DNA from: the human T2T-CHM13v2.0 reference genome, Homo sapiens
Length of the DNA stretch: 64,000 nt
Assembly: GCF_009914755.1 (NCBI RefSeq)
Contig: NC_060929.1
Direction: 5' to 3' (one strand)
Shown here in pieces: positions 12,282 through 28,519 of the stretch (position 1 is its first letter; every line of letters begins with the position of its first letter). The notes below the pieces were generated by a model. That model saw only the letters and a program-made list of their open reading frames with translations. It did not search any database and was not told the DNA's origin. The position numbers and the translations under genes were made by a program.

Positions 12282-13194
12282 AAATGGCTATGTATGCAAA
12301 GGACACATAAACCTGTTGATTTTGTTTGTTTCATCTGGGCACATTGCTGCTTTCAATAAAACTGGGATTCTCTTAGAAAGAAGAGATTACTGGATATTAA
12401 GTAGGCTTCTAACGGTCACTACAGACTGTAAAAAGAATAAGTTATTTGAAATAATATGATATACCAGTGTCACAGAAATATACACATAATATCATTCTAT
12501 GTAAAATGAAAAAATCAAACTATATTTTTTATTTTAGGTGAGTTTCTGTGTATGTAGTCATGAAAATGAAAACACAAAGGTATTTGCATTACACTGAGAT
12601 TTGGAAAAAAATAAGCAGAGGAAAAAAAATAAAAGAATACTCTGTAAAATATCAAAAGCTGATCATATCTGAGTGAAAAGAGCATGAATTGTTTTTAATT
12701 TTTCCTTGTGCTTTTGTGTATTTCTTCCTTTTTTCCTACACTATACATGTTTATTTTGGTAATCAGGATAAATGCAGCAAATGAATATGTATAAAACATG
12801 GCGGCTAAGAGGCAGTCAGAATAATTTCAGAGAACAAAATACTCTGGTGGAAAATCTGTTTATTTCTTTCGGGATTTTTCCATTCTTTTTTTTTCCTTTG
12901 GGTTTCATTTATTTGTTTTTTGTTTTATTGATTTGCAACATCAAAACTATTTCATAACCAGGTATGATTGAAAGTACTTATGAATGGGAGATACAAACTT
13001 AAAGATACCTGTTTACTTCCTGTTTTGTTTAATGAATTTACATTGATTGTCAGTGTGCCAGCTTGATTATCATCTCCGCAGGCACAGGAAGACAGCATTC
13101 TTTCTGGAAAAAGCCAACATATTACCTAAAGTGAATATTTGAATATTTTTTACAGCTGTTTTAAATTAATACTTAAAATCACAGATGTTAGTCT

Positions 13195-13197
<3 letters not shown>

Positions 13198-13232
<35 letters not shown>
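13198..13232. repeat. (TC)n microsatellite
   Basis: Pure CT run. Confidence 0.97.
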
Positions 13233-13236
<4 letters not shown>

Positions 13237-15155
13237 TAATTTTAATTACCAAAGAAGCAGAGGCAGGGTCCTGGGATAGAAGATGAATTTAATCAACCCA
13301 TTTCCTCCCAAGGCTCACCTTCTAAAATGTATCATTTTTTCCTTGGCCCTTTCATTTCCAGTGCTGCTACTTTGCTCTTCAGCTTACTGACAACTCATTC
13401 CTCAATAAATCACAGATGAGAAAGTATATGAACTGAGGCCATGGGGAGTATATCAAACATGTGATGCTCTGGAGCTGCCATCTAATTCTTACCAGCTCCT
13501 TCAGGTGATTTACCTCAAAGCAGTGAATTTAAAAGAATTTGATCTGTGATAATGCCAATTTATGTTTATCTCACTGGACTGCTATGAGAAAATAGCTGAA
13601 ATGTTTACATTGAAATAATTTTGTAATATTAAAGAGCATGAGGCAAAAAGAAAAAAATCCTTTTTTTCTAATACTAGTATTTGTCTGCAAGATGCAGGAG
13701 TCAAACCATACTTCTAGAATATGCAAAAGTTACTAGATAATATTTGTAATTCTCTTAGGCTATGTCACATTTTTGAAGCATTTCCTAGTTTCTGGGTTAT
13801 CAACTTTCACAATCTAAATGACCATCAGTTGAAATATATATTATTGATTCAGGAAAATTACTTCACTTCCAATGAGAAGGAACTCCTTCTTTCTGTTAAT
13901 TAGGACCTTGCATAAAACGTTAACTCTCAAAAGAGGCATCCAAATTCAAGCAGCAAGTTGTAGGATCAAGAATATTGGTAAAGGATAGGAATGAAGTAGC
14001 TAAAAATTTAGTCCACCAACTTTTCTGACATCCCTTCTTTAGAAGGTATAAATGAAGTATTTTTCAACATTTCTTTGAAGAAGGAGTTTCCATGGTCATG
14101 AACTTAAAGGAAAGCATCAACATGTCTGCCACGCTTCACACCTCAAGGAGGCCAAAAGCAATAAAATAAAGATTTGTATATTGTTCTAGATATGCTATGA
14201 TAATCCCTCTCTCTTTTTTCATTCTTATTGGAGAGCCAATACAACTCTCATTTTACCAAATTACAAGAGCTAATTAATCACATAATGCACTACATGAGGG
14301 CTTTTTGAAAATATAAGTAATATAAGCTTTAATTAGTTTATCCTAAAACTATCCATATTATAAAATGAAATTATGTGATCAAAGTGTGGTTCCCTCCATT
14401 GAAAGAAAAATAATTACCTGTTGCAAAAGTCAGGAAGCATCACCTTCAGATAGTGCATAAGGATCTTTTTTTTCTTAAGTCATATATATTGAGTCTTGGT
14501 GTTTAGGGTAACATATCTCTCAGACAGGGCCATTCTGTAAAGAAGAAAAATCAAGTAAGCAAAGTTGTCATTCCGGCCTCTAGCCAAACATTCCATCTTG
14601 TGTCCTTTCCTCCAATTGTGTGTGGATATTCACTTTCTCCTCTCTTCAACAAAAGCTGATCCTAAGGTCAGATAATGTGTCAGGGTATCATTGAAGTCTC
14701 AAAATGAACTTAATTCCATAGTTAAATTCTTCCAGTTGCATTTGCATTTTAATTATTATCTTTAAATTTTTTCCAAATATAGCTATGAATTTTAAGCATT
14801 AATTTTATTCAACAGTAACTCTACACAGCCAACACTTCCTGAATCGAGGTAAGCAAGAAGAATGTCAGAGAAAAAGAGACATGAATTTTAGATACTATAC
14901 ATTATTGAATTACTGTTTATCCCAAAACAAATTATACATATTTTTGATATTTCACTTTCTTCTCAATGAAATAGGATAGTTCTTTCACAGACTTTTGTAA
15001 TAAATGATCAATATGTTAGAAAATTCAGGAACCGCAGAAAATGTTGTATCCCTCCCACGTTAATGTTTTCTTTTGTATCCCTCCATATCAATCTTTTCTT
15101 CCATTTTATTACATTTCTCCTCTCTAGCTAAGGATCTGCTTTCCACTCTTATAAT

Positions 15156-15420
15156 TATTTTTTATTTACTTTTTATTGATACATAATAAATGTACATATT
15201 TTGGGGGTACATGTAATAATTTGATACACTCATATAATGTGAAAAGATCAAATCAGGGTATTGGGATACCCATCACCTTAAAAATTTATTTCTTCTTTAT
15301 GCTGGAAACATTTGCATTATTCTCTTCTAGCTATTTTGAAAAGTTCAATAGCTTAATGTTAACTATGGTCACTTTATTGATTTATTGAACACTAATAATG
15401 GGTACAAATATACGGTTAGA
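15156..15420 (-). mobile_element. Short L1MA (L1MA4-6-like) 3' end with an inverted 5' segment
   Basis: TTTTATTGATACATAATAAATGTACATATTTTGGGGGTACATG is the reverse complement of the L1MA terminus; 15395-15420 is L1 3' UTR in the opposite orientation. Confidence 0.85.
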
Positions 15421-16039
15421 ATTAAGTTTTCTTTAATAAATGAAATGTTAAACTTTTGCACCCAAATTGCAGACAGTACTCCTACACAAAGAAAAATAAG
15501 AGAACTAAACTGCACTGAGGAAAAACACACCTACATTATTACAACATCTTTAACGATTCTTTTAAATATAATTCTTCATTAACTCAGTGCCTAGACAGCG
15601 TATTTTTGTTCTTCTCTGCTTTATATAGGTACTCTGTCAAATCTCTGAATTCTTTTTCTGTCTTATTAAAAATGTTAAAGGAAAATGTCATGTAGAAAAT
15701 AACATGCTCATAAAAGCAAATGTTAACATTAGATTTGGAGGAAGACAATGCTGTCAAGTTTCAAGCTCTCTCATCACTGATTGTTAAAGATTTAAAATAA
15801 AAATTCTTGATATGTAAAGAAAATGCTAAGGTGAGAATGTATAGTTTTATTTCCACTCCTCTTGACTTCAGTAATGTAGAAATGAGGTGTTTATTTTACC
15901 AAGAATCTTTAAAAAAAATGGTGGGTGGGGTACAGGAACTTTTGAAACAAAAACAAGGACAGTAATGAGAAAAAAGTCCATGTTATTATACTTTCATTAT
16001 GTATGTATGTATGTGTGTAATTTAAATGTTAAAACAAGC

Positions 16040-16230
16040 ACAGGCAATATGGTGTAGGGATTAAAAGCAGATTCTAAGATCAGCCAGGTTAGATTGCAAT
16101 CCAATTCCCTCACTTCCCACCTATGTCATATTGAGTAAATTATTTAATGTCTGTAGGGTTCAGGTTTTTTAATCTGTAAAACAGATATACTAGTAGGCAT
16201 TAACTCAAACAGTAATGTGTCAGTAGGCAT
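16040..16230 (+). mobile_element. MIR
   Basis: MIR core GAGTAAATTATTTAATGTCTGTAGGGTTCAGGTTTTTTAATCTGTAAAA. Confidence 0.7.
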
Positions 16231-16766
16231 TTAGCCTTGATTAATAGTTTCATTAGTTATCTTCTAGAAAAAGAATCCTGGAATATAATATAATAATTTA
16301 AGTATATCAAATACAACAGGGCAGATGTTTTGAATCCTTAACAACAATGAAAGGGTTTCTAATACCTTTATTATCTCAAGCCTCACAAAAGAGGCAACCA
16401 GATTACTTTCCCTCAAATCTCACAGAGGAAACAGAAGCCATCAGAAATAAATTTCATCATTTTTCTACCCCCAAATTTAAAAACCTTCCTGCATTAATAC
16501 CCATATTCCCATATTCTATTCTGTTTCAACAAAAGATATGACCATACATCTGTCCAAGGCCAGTCACTCCACTTCTGCTCTCAATTAAATTCCCTCATGC
16601 ATTCTATAACGCCCATGCAATGTCAATCATCCATCTCTCTCCTGTATGATAAATCTCTTCACTTCTATGTATCATTTCAATCAGGACACAAACATGCTTT
16701 AGTACCTTTTATATTAAACCAAAGTAAACAGAAAACACTGATGCTACTTTTTACTACTCTATTTCT

Positions 16767-16923
16767 TTTTTTTTTTTTTTTTTGCATTTTAAGTTTATGG
16801 TAAAGCTAAAAAGACAAGTAATGATTAACAAGAATTAAATGTAGTTGCTGCATGTAGAGAAGAGGAAAGGAGACACAGGAAGGGTTTCAAAAGTGATGGG
16901 GATGTTCAGTTCTTAAAGCTGAC
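16767..16923 (-). pseudogene. Short polyadenylated retro-insertion (5'-truncated retrocopy or orphan 3' transduction)
   Basis: Poly(T) to 16783; 16-bp TSD TTACTAC(T/C)CTATTTCT at 16751-16766 and 16924-16939; body is not Alu or sense-strand L1. Confidence 0.75.
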
Positions 16924-16986
16924 TTACTACCCTATTTCTGTGCCACCATTCATAGCTAAACCTCTCAAAAATGTCACCTGCTTTCC

Positions 16987-17484
16987 AATAGAATACTATT
17001 CAGCCTTAAAAAAAAAAGAGGGAAATTCTGTCATTTGTGACAACATGGATTAAACTGAAGAACATGCTGCTAAATGAAATAAGCCAGGAACGGAAAGACA
17101 AATACCTAATGTTTTTACTGACATGTGACATCTAAAACAATTGAACTCAGAAGCAGAGAGTTGTGGTAATAGAAGCTGGGGTGGGGGAAATGGGAAGATC
17201 ATGGCCAAAGCGTACAAAATCAGACAGGAGTAATAAGGTATTTTTTTAATTCTTTTGCACAAATGGTTAACATGGTTAATAATAGTGTATTGCACATTTT
17301 AAAATTACTGAGAGTAAATTTAAAATGTTTTCCTCACAAAAAATAAGTATTTGAAGTCATGGATATATTAATTAGCTTAATGTAATTATTAATATTTCAC
17401 ATTTTATTCTTAAATCATAACATCACTTTGTACTCCATAAATATACACAACTATAAATTGTTGATTTAAAATAAAATATTTTTT
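16987..17484 (+). mobile_element. 5'-truncated L1MA7/8-like 3' end
   Basis: GAATACTATTCAGCCTTAAAAA...; perfect 18-bp TSD AAATGTCACCTGCTTTCC at 16969-16986 and 17485-17502. Confidence 0.9.
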
Positions 17485-17940
17485 AAATGTCACCTGCTTT
17501 CCTTTTGCTTCCTCACTTCCACTTTACTAATTTGAGCCAGTGCAATCTGGTGTCTCACCCCACTAATGCACTGATGCTGCCGTTGTCAAGGTCACTGCTG
17601 AGTTTCGTGTTGCCAAATTCAGTGGGCACTTCCTTCACTCATCTACTCCACCCTTCAGAATCATTTAATATGATCGACTATTCCCTCTGTCTTGAAATAG
17701 TATCACCTCTTCCCTTCACAGATATTGTGTTTTTGTTTTTCTTCTACCTCAGCTTCCTTTGCACTTTCTCTAATAACTGACCTCTAAGGGTAAGGGAATC
17801 TCAGAGCTACATTCTACTCTTTTTTATCTGTACAACCTACATCCAAGGTTCCTTTACCCATCCCCAAGGCTGAAATTATCCTACATTACTTAAGCTAACA
17901 CATCCCAAATTCATATTAAGCCCAGAGCTCTGCTCAGAGC

Positions 17941-18160
17941 TCCAGACTCATATCCAAGAGTATATGTGAAGTCCCTAGTTGAATATTTCAGATATTTCTC
18001 AATTTTAATAAATCCAAAATGTAACCCTTAATATATCCTCCCATGGCAATTCCAGACTCATATCCAAGAGAATATATGAAATCCCTAGTTGAATATTTCA
18101 GATATTTCTCAATTTTAATAAATCCAAAATGTAACCCTTAATATATCCTCCCTTGGCAAC
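17941..18160. repeat. 110-bp tandem duplication (2 copies)
   Basis: 17941-18050 and 18051-18160 differ at 5 positions. Confidence 0.97.
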
Positions 18161-19070
18161 CCAGTCTTCCTACTTTCTCCATCAAATAATTGGCACCATC
18201 ATCATCCAAATATCTCAAGCCAAGAAAATGTAATGACTGCCCTTAATTGCTCCCCTTCCCTTGGCCCCTATTTCCCACAAATCAGCAAGTTCTGTTGATT
18301 CTATCCCTTAAATATCTCTGTACTTCATATCAATGAAAATTATTAGGAGAGAGCTTTCACTGTGTCAATTCAATCTTAAAGCTGTTTGGCTTTTCAGTTG
18401 AAAATGATGGAGAAAAGACTTTTTATTGTATTCTCATTCCTGTGAAACCCACTAAAGACAACAAAAAGAATGCAAGGAGAAAAATCTTCATCACCAATTA
18501 AATTATAAAACTGGGGCATATTTGCAATACTGTAAAATCTAGACCAAAACAAGGTGGGACGTTAAGAAAAGACACATACAGGCTTAAGTCTTGAACAAAG
18601 AAACACTGGTCTAAAAGAAAATAATTCTGTCCTAAGTCAGCAATAAGATCTAGGAGGATGGGTGGGCCAGAAAAGTAATAGGGACTATAAACAGAACCAC
18701 AGGAAAGAGAATGGATAATCATGATGATATGTGATTTCTCTGGTCTACACCCTAGACTATTCATGGATGGGTAAAATTGAGGAGAGACCACCAGATCTCA
18801 GCAGCAGAGCTGTGACATAAAGGACTTTAATATGTCATAAAGTGCTAAGACATTGAAAGCTGAGCTCCCAAGAGTCCTGAGGCAGAGGAAATAACAAGCT
18901 TTTTAAAAGGGTTTTTAAGATGAGAAACATAAATCAAACCTACAGCGTCCCAACGCACATCACATATATCTCTGCCCAGTTATCCAACTATATCCTTCAA
19001 ATAATTAGACCCGTTAAAAGCAGAACAAAAAAATTTAAAATATGAATAGACACACACAAATGTAGGAAGC

Positions 19071-19406
19071 TGTCTTAGTTCATTTAGGCTGCTATAACAA
19101 AATACCTTTGGTAATTTATAAACAACAGAAATAGATTGCTCACAGGCCTGGAGTCTGGGAAGTCCAAAATCAAGGTACCAGCAGGTTCAGTGTCTCATGA
19201 GAGTTCATTTCTCATAGCTGGCAACTTCTTGCTCTGTCCTCACATGGCAGAAGGGGCAAACAAGCTTCCTCTGGCCTCTTTCACAAGGGCACCAATCTCA
19301 TTCATGAGGACTCTACCCTATGATCTAATCACCTCCTAAAGGCTCTACCTTGCATTAGCCTCCAACGTATGAATATTAGGGGAACACAAACACTCAGACC
19401 ATAACA
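19071..19406 (-). mobile_element. MLT1A-type solo LTR
   Basis: TGTCTTAGTTCATTTAGGCTGCTATAACAAAATACC ... CACAAACACTCAGACCATAACA. Confidence 0.88.
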
Positions 19407-19673
19407 GGAGAGAAAATTAAAATCAGGCAGATGAAGAAAATACATTGCAAGAAAATTCCCCAAAAGACTAGCAGTTCAAACAAATAATTCTTCATTGTCT
19501 CAAATGAATTTCAGATAATATTATTTGCACTGAAAAGAAGAGCTCACAAAAGAGACAAATAGCTCAAGGAAGAGTCAATAAGACAGCAGAAGAGGAAAGA
19601 TGAGCTAGTTAAGTGCAGAAATAAAAGGAAAAAAACACAAAGAAAAAATATATATTAAACACAACTAGAAATA

Positions 19674-19765
19674 TGTATAGCAATGTGACTATAGTTAACA
19701 ATACTGGATTGTATACTTCAAATTTGGTTAAGAGAGTAGAGCTTAAGTGTCCTCACCACAAAACA
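19674..19765 (+). mobile_element. ~90-bp L1MA9-like 3' UTR fragment
   Basis: Aligns by eye with 4400-4490 in this window; flanked by AACTAGAAATA and AACTAAAAATA. Confidence 0.75.
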
Positions 19766-20009
19766 AACTAAAAATAGAGTGACTTAAATCACATTTAAGT
19801 ACATTTTGACAGCCTAGAAAAATTATAAATATAAATAAACATATAGGAATAGTTATAGGAAAGATGGTAGATCAAATGCCACACACAGAGATCCATCATA
19901 CGTATAATTAATACTCATGAAAGCAGAATTTATAATGAATGGAACTGAACATACCATGCAAAGACACCAAAAAGTTTTTATTTCAAAATACAGAAAAAAT
20001 TTAATCTGA

Positions 20010-20360
<351 letters not shown>

Positions 20361-20578
20361 AGGAAAAAAAAATACTTTTTAAATGATAGGCACCAAGATA
20401 TAACTGGGTAAACTTAAATGAAGAAAAAGCTGTGTTGAAGAAAAAAGTATGGCCACCCCCAAAAAAAAGGAAGCCACATAGAGAGGAAGAAGTCAGGTTA
20501 CCTTAGATTTCTCTGTAGCTACTCCCCATGCCAGGAGTCATGAAAACATGTAAGCAAGATTATAAAAAAACAAAGTCA

Positions 20579-21479
20579 GGAGGAGCCAAGATGGCTGAAT
20601 AGGAACAGCTCCGGTCTACAGCTCCCAGCGGGAGCAAAGCAGAAGACGGGTGATTTCTGCAATTCCATCTGAGGTACCGGGTTCATCTCACTAGGGAGTG
20701 CCAGACAGTGGGCACACGTCAGTGGGTGCGTGCACCGCGCGCGAGCCGAAGCAGGGCGAGGCATTGCCTCACTTGGGAAGCACAAGGGGTCAGGGAGTTC
20801 CCTTACTGAGTCAAAGAAAGGGGTGACAGACGGCACCTGGAAAATCGGGTCACTCCCACCCAAATACTGCGCTTTCCCGACGGGCTTAAAACACGGCGCA
20901 CCACGAGATTATATCCCGCACCTGGCTCGGAGGGTCCTACGCCCACGGAGTCTCGCTGATTGCTAGCACAGCAGTCTGAGATCAAACTGCAAGGCGGCAG
21001 CAAGGCTGGGGGAGGGGCGCCTGCCATTGCCCAGGTTTGCTTAGGTAAACAAAGCAGGCAGGAAGCTCGAACTGGGTGGAGCCCACCACAGTTCAAGGAG
21101 GCCTGCCTGCCTCTGTAGGCTCCACCTCTGGGGGCAGGGCACAGACAAACAAAAAGACAGCAGTAACCTCTACAGACTTAAATGTCTCTGTCTCACAGCT
21201 TTGAAGAGAGCAGTGGTTCTCCCAGCACGCAGCTGGAGATCTGAGAACCGGCAGACTGCCTCCTCAAGTGGGTCCCTGACCCCTGACCCCCGAGCAGCCT
21301 AACTGGGAGGCACCCCCCAGCAGGGGCAGACTGGCACCTCACACGGCCCGGTGCTCCAACAGACCTGCAGCTGAGAGTCCTGTCTGTTAGAAGGAAAACT
21401 AACAAACAGAAAGGACATCCACACCAAAAACCCATCGTTACCTCACCCAACAAAGACTAAAGTAGATAAAACCACAAAG
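20579..21479 (+). promoter_or_regulatory. L1 5' UTR: internal sense promoter, antisense promoter, CpG-rich
   Basis: YY1 core CAAGATGGC near the 5' end; the most CpG-dense stretch in the window; promoter activity is inferred from family knowledge. Confidence 0.85.
20803..21027 (-). CDS. ORF0: LINE-1 ORF0 (primate antisense ORF), 74 aa, open
   Basis: MAGAPPPALLPPCSLISDCCASNQRDSVGVGPSEPGAGYNLVVRR... in the track ORF 20803-21096; ATG context GCAATGG. Confidence 0.8.
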   Translation of the reverse strand: MAGAPPPALLPPCSLISDCCASNQRDSVGVGPSEPGAGYNLVVRRVLSPSGKRSIWVGVTRFSRCRLSPLSLTQ

Positions 21480-22497
21480 ATGGGGAAAAAACAGAGCAGA
21501 AAAACTGGAAACTCTAAAAAGCAGAGTGCCTCTCCTCCTCCAAAGGAACGCAGTTCCTCACCAGCAACGAAACAAAGCTGGACGGAGAATCACTTTGACG
21601 AGCTGAGAGTAGAAGGCTTCAGATGATCAAATTACTCCGAGCTACGGGAGGACATTCAAACCAAAGGCAAAGAAGTTGAAAACTTTGAAAAAAATTTAGA
21701 AGAACGTATAACTAGAATAACCAATAGAGAGAAGTGCTTAAAGGAGCTGATGGAGCTAAAAACCAAGGCTCGAGAACTACGTGAAGAATGCAGAAGCCTC
21801 AGGAGCCGATGCGATCAACTGGAAGAAAGGGTATCAGCGATGGAAGATGAAATGAATGCAATGAAGCCAGAAGGGACATTTAGAGAAAAAAGAATAAAAA
21901 GAAACGAGCAAAGCCTCCAAGAAATATGGGACTATGTGAAAAGACCAAATCTACGTTTGATTGGTGTACCTGAAAGTGACAGGGAGAATGGAACCAAGTT
22001 GGAAAACACTCTGCAGGATATTATCCAGGAGAACTTCCCCAATCTAGCAAGGCAGGCCAACGTTCACATTCAGGAAATACAGAGAACACCACAAAGATAC
22101 TCCTCGAGAAGAGCAACTCCAAGACACATAATTGTCAGATTCACCAAAGTTGAAATGAAGGAAAAAATGTTAAGGGCAGCCAGAGAGAAAGGTTGGGTTA
22201 CCCACAAAGGGAAGCCCATCAGACTAACAGCAGATCTCTCGGCAGAAACTCTACAAGCCAGAAGAGACTGGGAGCCAATATTCAACATTCTTAAAGAAAA
22301 GAATTTTCAACCCAGAATTTCATATCCAGCCAAACTAAGCTTCATAAGTGAAGGAGAAATAAAATACTTTACAGACAAGCAAATGCTGAGAGATTTTTGT
22401 CACCACCAGGCCTGCCCTAAAAGAGCTCCTGAAGGAAGCACTAAACATGGAAAGAAACAACCAGTACCAGCCGCTGCAAAATCATGACAAAATGTAA
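21480..22497 (+). pseudogene. L1 ORF1p (RNA-binding chaperone), disrupted
   Basis: MGKKQSRKTGNSK start; TGA at 21624-21626 (codon 49, CGA>TGA); +1 T frameshift at ~22394-22398; normal stop at 22495-22497. Confidence 0.95.
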
Positions 22498-22545
22498 AGA
22501 CCATCGAGACTAGGAAGAAACTGCATCAACTAATGAGCAAAATAA

Positions 22546-26387
<3,842 letters not shown>

Positions 26388-27049
26388 ACAATGAGAACAC
26401 ATGGACACAGGGAGGGGAACGTCACACTCTGGGGACTGTTGTGGGTTGTGGGGAGGGGGGAGGGATAGCACTGGGAGACATACCTAATGCTAGATGACGA
26501 GTTAGTGGGTGCAGTGCACCAGCATGGCACATGTACACATATGTAACTAACCTGCACATTGTGCACATGTACCCTAAAACTTAAAGTATAATAATAATAA
26601 ATAAAAATAAATAAATAAATAAAGTCACCCAATCATTTAACCCAACCAAGGTACCCTTCAAGTATAACAGCAATAGACATACGTTACCAAAAATAGGAAA
26701 TTCATGAGAATAAGACTGACATCAGATTCCTTATTGGCAATGCTGAATCCAAGACAAAGAAGTGATAACTAAAAAGTTATCGGGAATGATAATTGACATT
26801 GAGTAATTCTAAATGAGATTAGTAAAATATAAGTAGAAGTATAAGTCAGCTTTTACCAGGTAATGTTGTGCTACAAACCACCCCAAACATCTGGGTACCT
26901 TACAAAAACAAGCTTTTTCTTACTCAGTTTCATGTTATCTACAGATTGCTCTAAATTGTCCTTTCATTGAAAGATCTTTGAGATATAATATTAAATAGAC
27001 AAAAAAGCTATGAAGAAATACGTATATTATAATAAGAAACTATGTATAA

Positions 27050-27278
27050 CGTACTATATTCAAAATGCAATTTGTAGACCAGTGCTACTAGTTGATCATG
27101 AGGTAAGTACAGAGAATTGAGAGTAAGCACTCAGAAACCTTAAATAAGTAAAAATAAAACTTAGAAAACTTTATTGGCATTGCCACAACCATTTTACTAT
27201 ATTTTACAAAATTATTGGTCTCCATCTCATTGGAATGTTTTAACTGGTCATTCACTACAGATAGCTTGAGAAGTACTG
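27050..27278 (+). mobile_element. MER5C-like hAT-Charlie MITE
   Basis: AAGTACAGAGAATTGAGAGTAAGC and terminal ACAGATAGCTTGAGAAGTACTG. Confidence 0.7.
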
Positions 27279-27462
27279 ATACCTAATTGTCTACAAAAAT
27301 ACAAGATACACACTAATATTTACAAATATAAAATATCTCTAGAAATATTTGTAAGAAGCTGGTAAATAGTGCTTGCTTCCATCTTCCTATTATTCACCCC
27401 CACACCAAGCTTCCCAGAAATGAGACTATAACTTTGAGTTCTTGACTTCTAGACTTTTACTC

Positions 27463-27510
27463 TGTGTGTGTGTGTGTATGTGTGTATGTGTCTATCTCTG
27501 TGTGTTTGTG
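27463..27510. repeat. Degenerate (TG)n microsatellite
   Basis: TGTGTG runs. Confidence 0.85.
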
Positions 27511-27583
27511 TTGCTGTTGTTGAGTGGGAGATGGGAAAGGAAGTATTTGTTAAAAACCTCTCCAGATTTCGAGCCTGAAATAG

Positions 27584-27928
<345 letters not shown>

Positions 27929-28519
27929 ACAAAGTCCCTTTTTAAGAGAAGGAGCTGTTTTGTCTGAGAGAGAAAGAGGTAGATATTGTGCAGTGTCTGA
28001 GGAAGGGCAAGGCTTCAGCCCAGACTGTGGCAACCCTCCTTAACTGGGAAGTGGAGAGATGAAGGTAGCAACTTGTGTTCCCCTGGGTCATGGCAGGAAC
28101 TCTGATGGTGACAGATGCATGAATGTATGCATGGGCTGCAAACTGTAAATCATGGTCTTGTGCACTCCAGTGACATTCTATAGCTGAAGCTGAGAACATG
28201 GTCTCCCTGCAGCTTGTGCCAGCACATGGTGATGGACCAGGCATTGAATAACACAAGAAGCCAGGGCATCATGGCCAGCAGAAACAGAAGATCATGCCCC
28301 TTTGCCTTTTTTCTTAAACTGAGTACACTCTGGAACTTCTTTCTATATAATGGAGGAGTGATGCCTCAAATTTTTCTGATGTTAAAGACATAGCCAAACT
28401 TGGGGTGTGAGTATATTAAGATTTAGTTTCATTTAGACAAATGTAAAATATGACATCTTACACTGTTAGTGTCATGAAAAGATGGACAAAATTTATATGT
28501 TAGACATAATAGAAAATTA

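Larger units (their letters stand above)
16395..18330 (+). mobile_element. L2 LINE ORF2/3' region, interrupted by two later insertions and a 110-bp duplication
   Basis: L2 motifs ACAGAGGAAACAGAAGCCATCAGA, GTCAAGGTCACTGCTGAG..TTGCCAAATTCAGTGG, GAGCTCCAGACTCATATCCAA. Confidence 0.8.
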
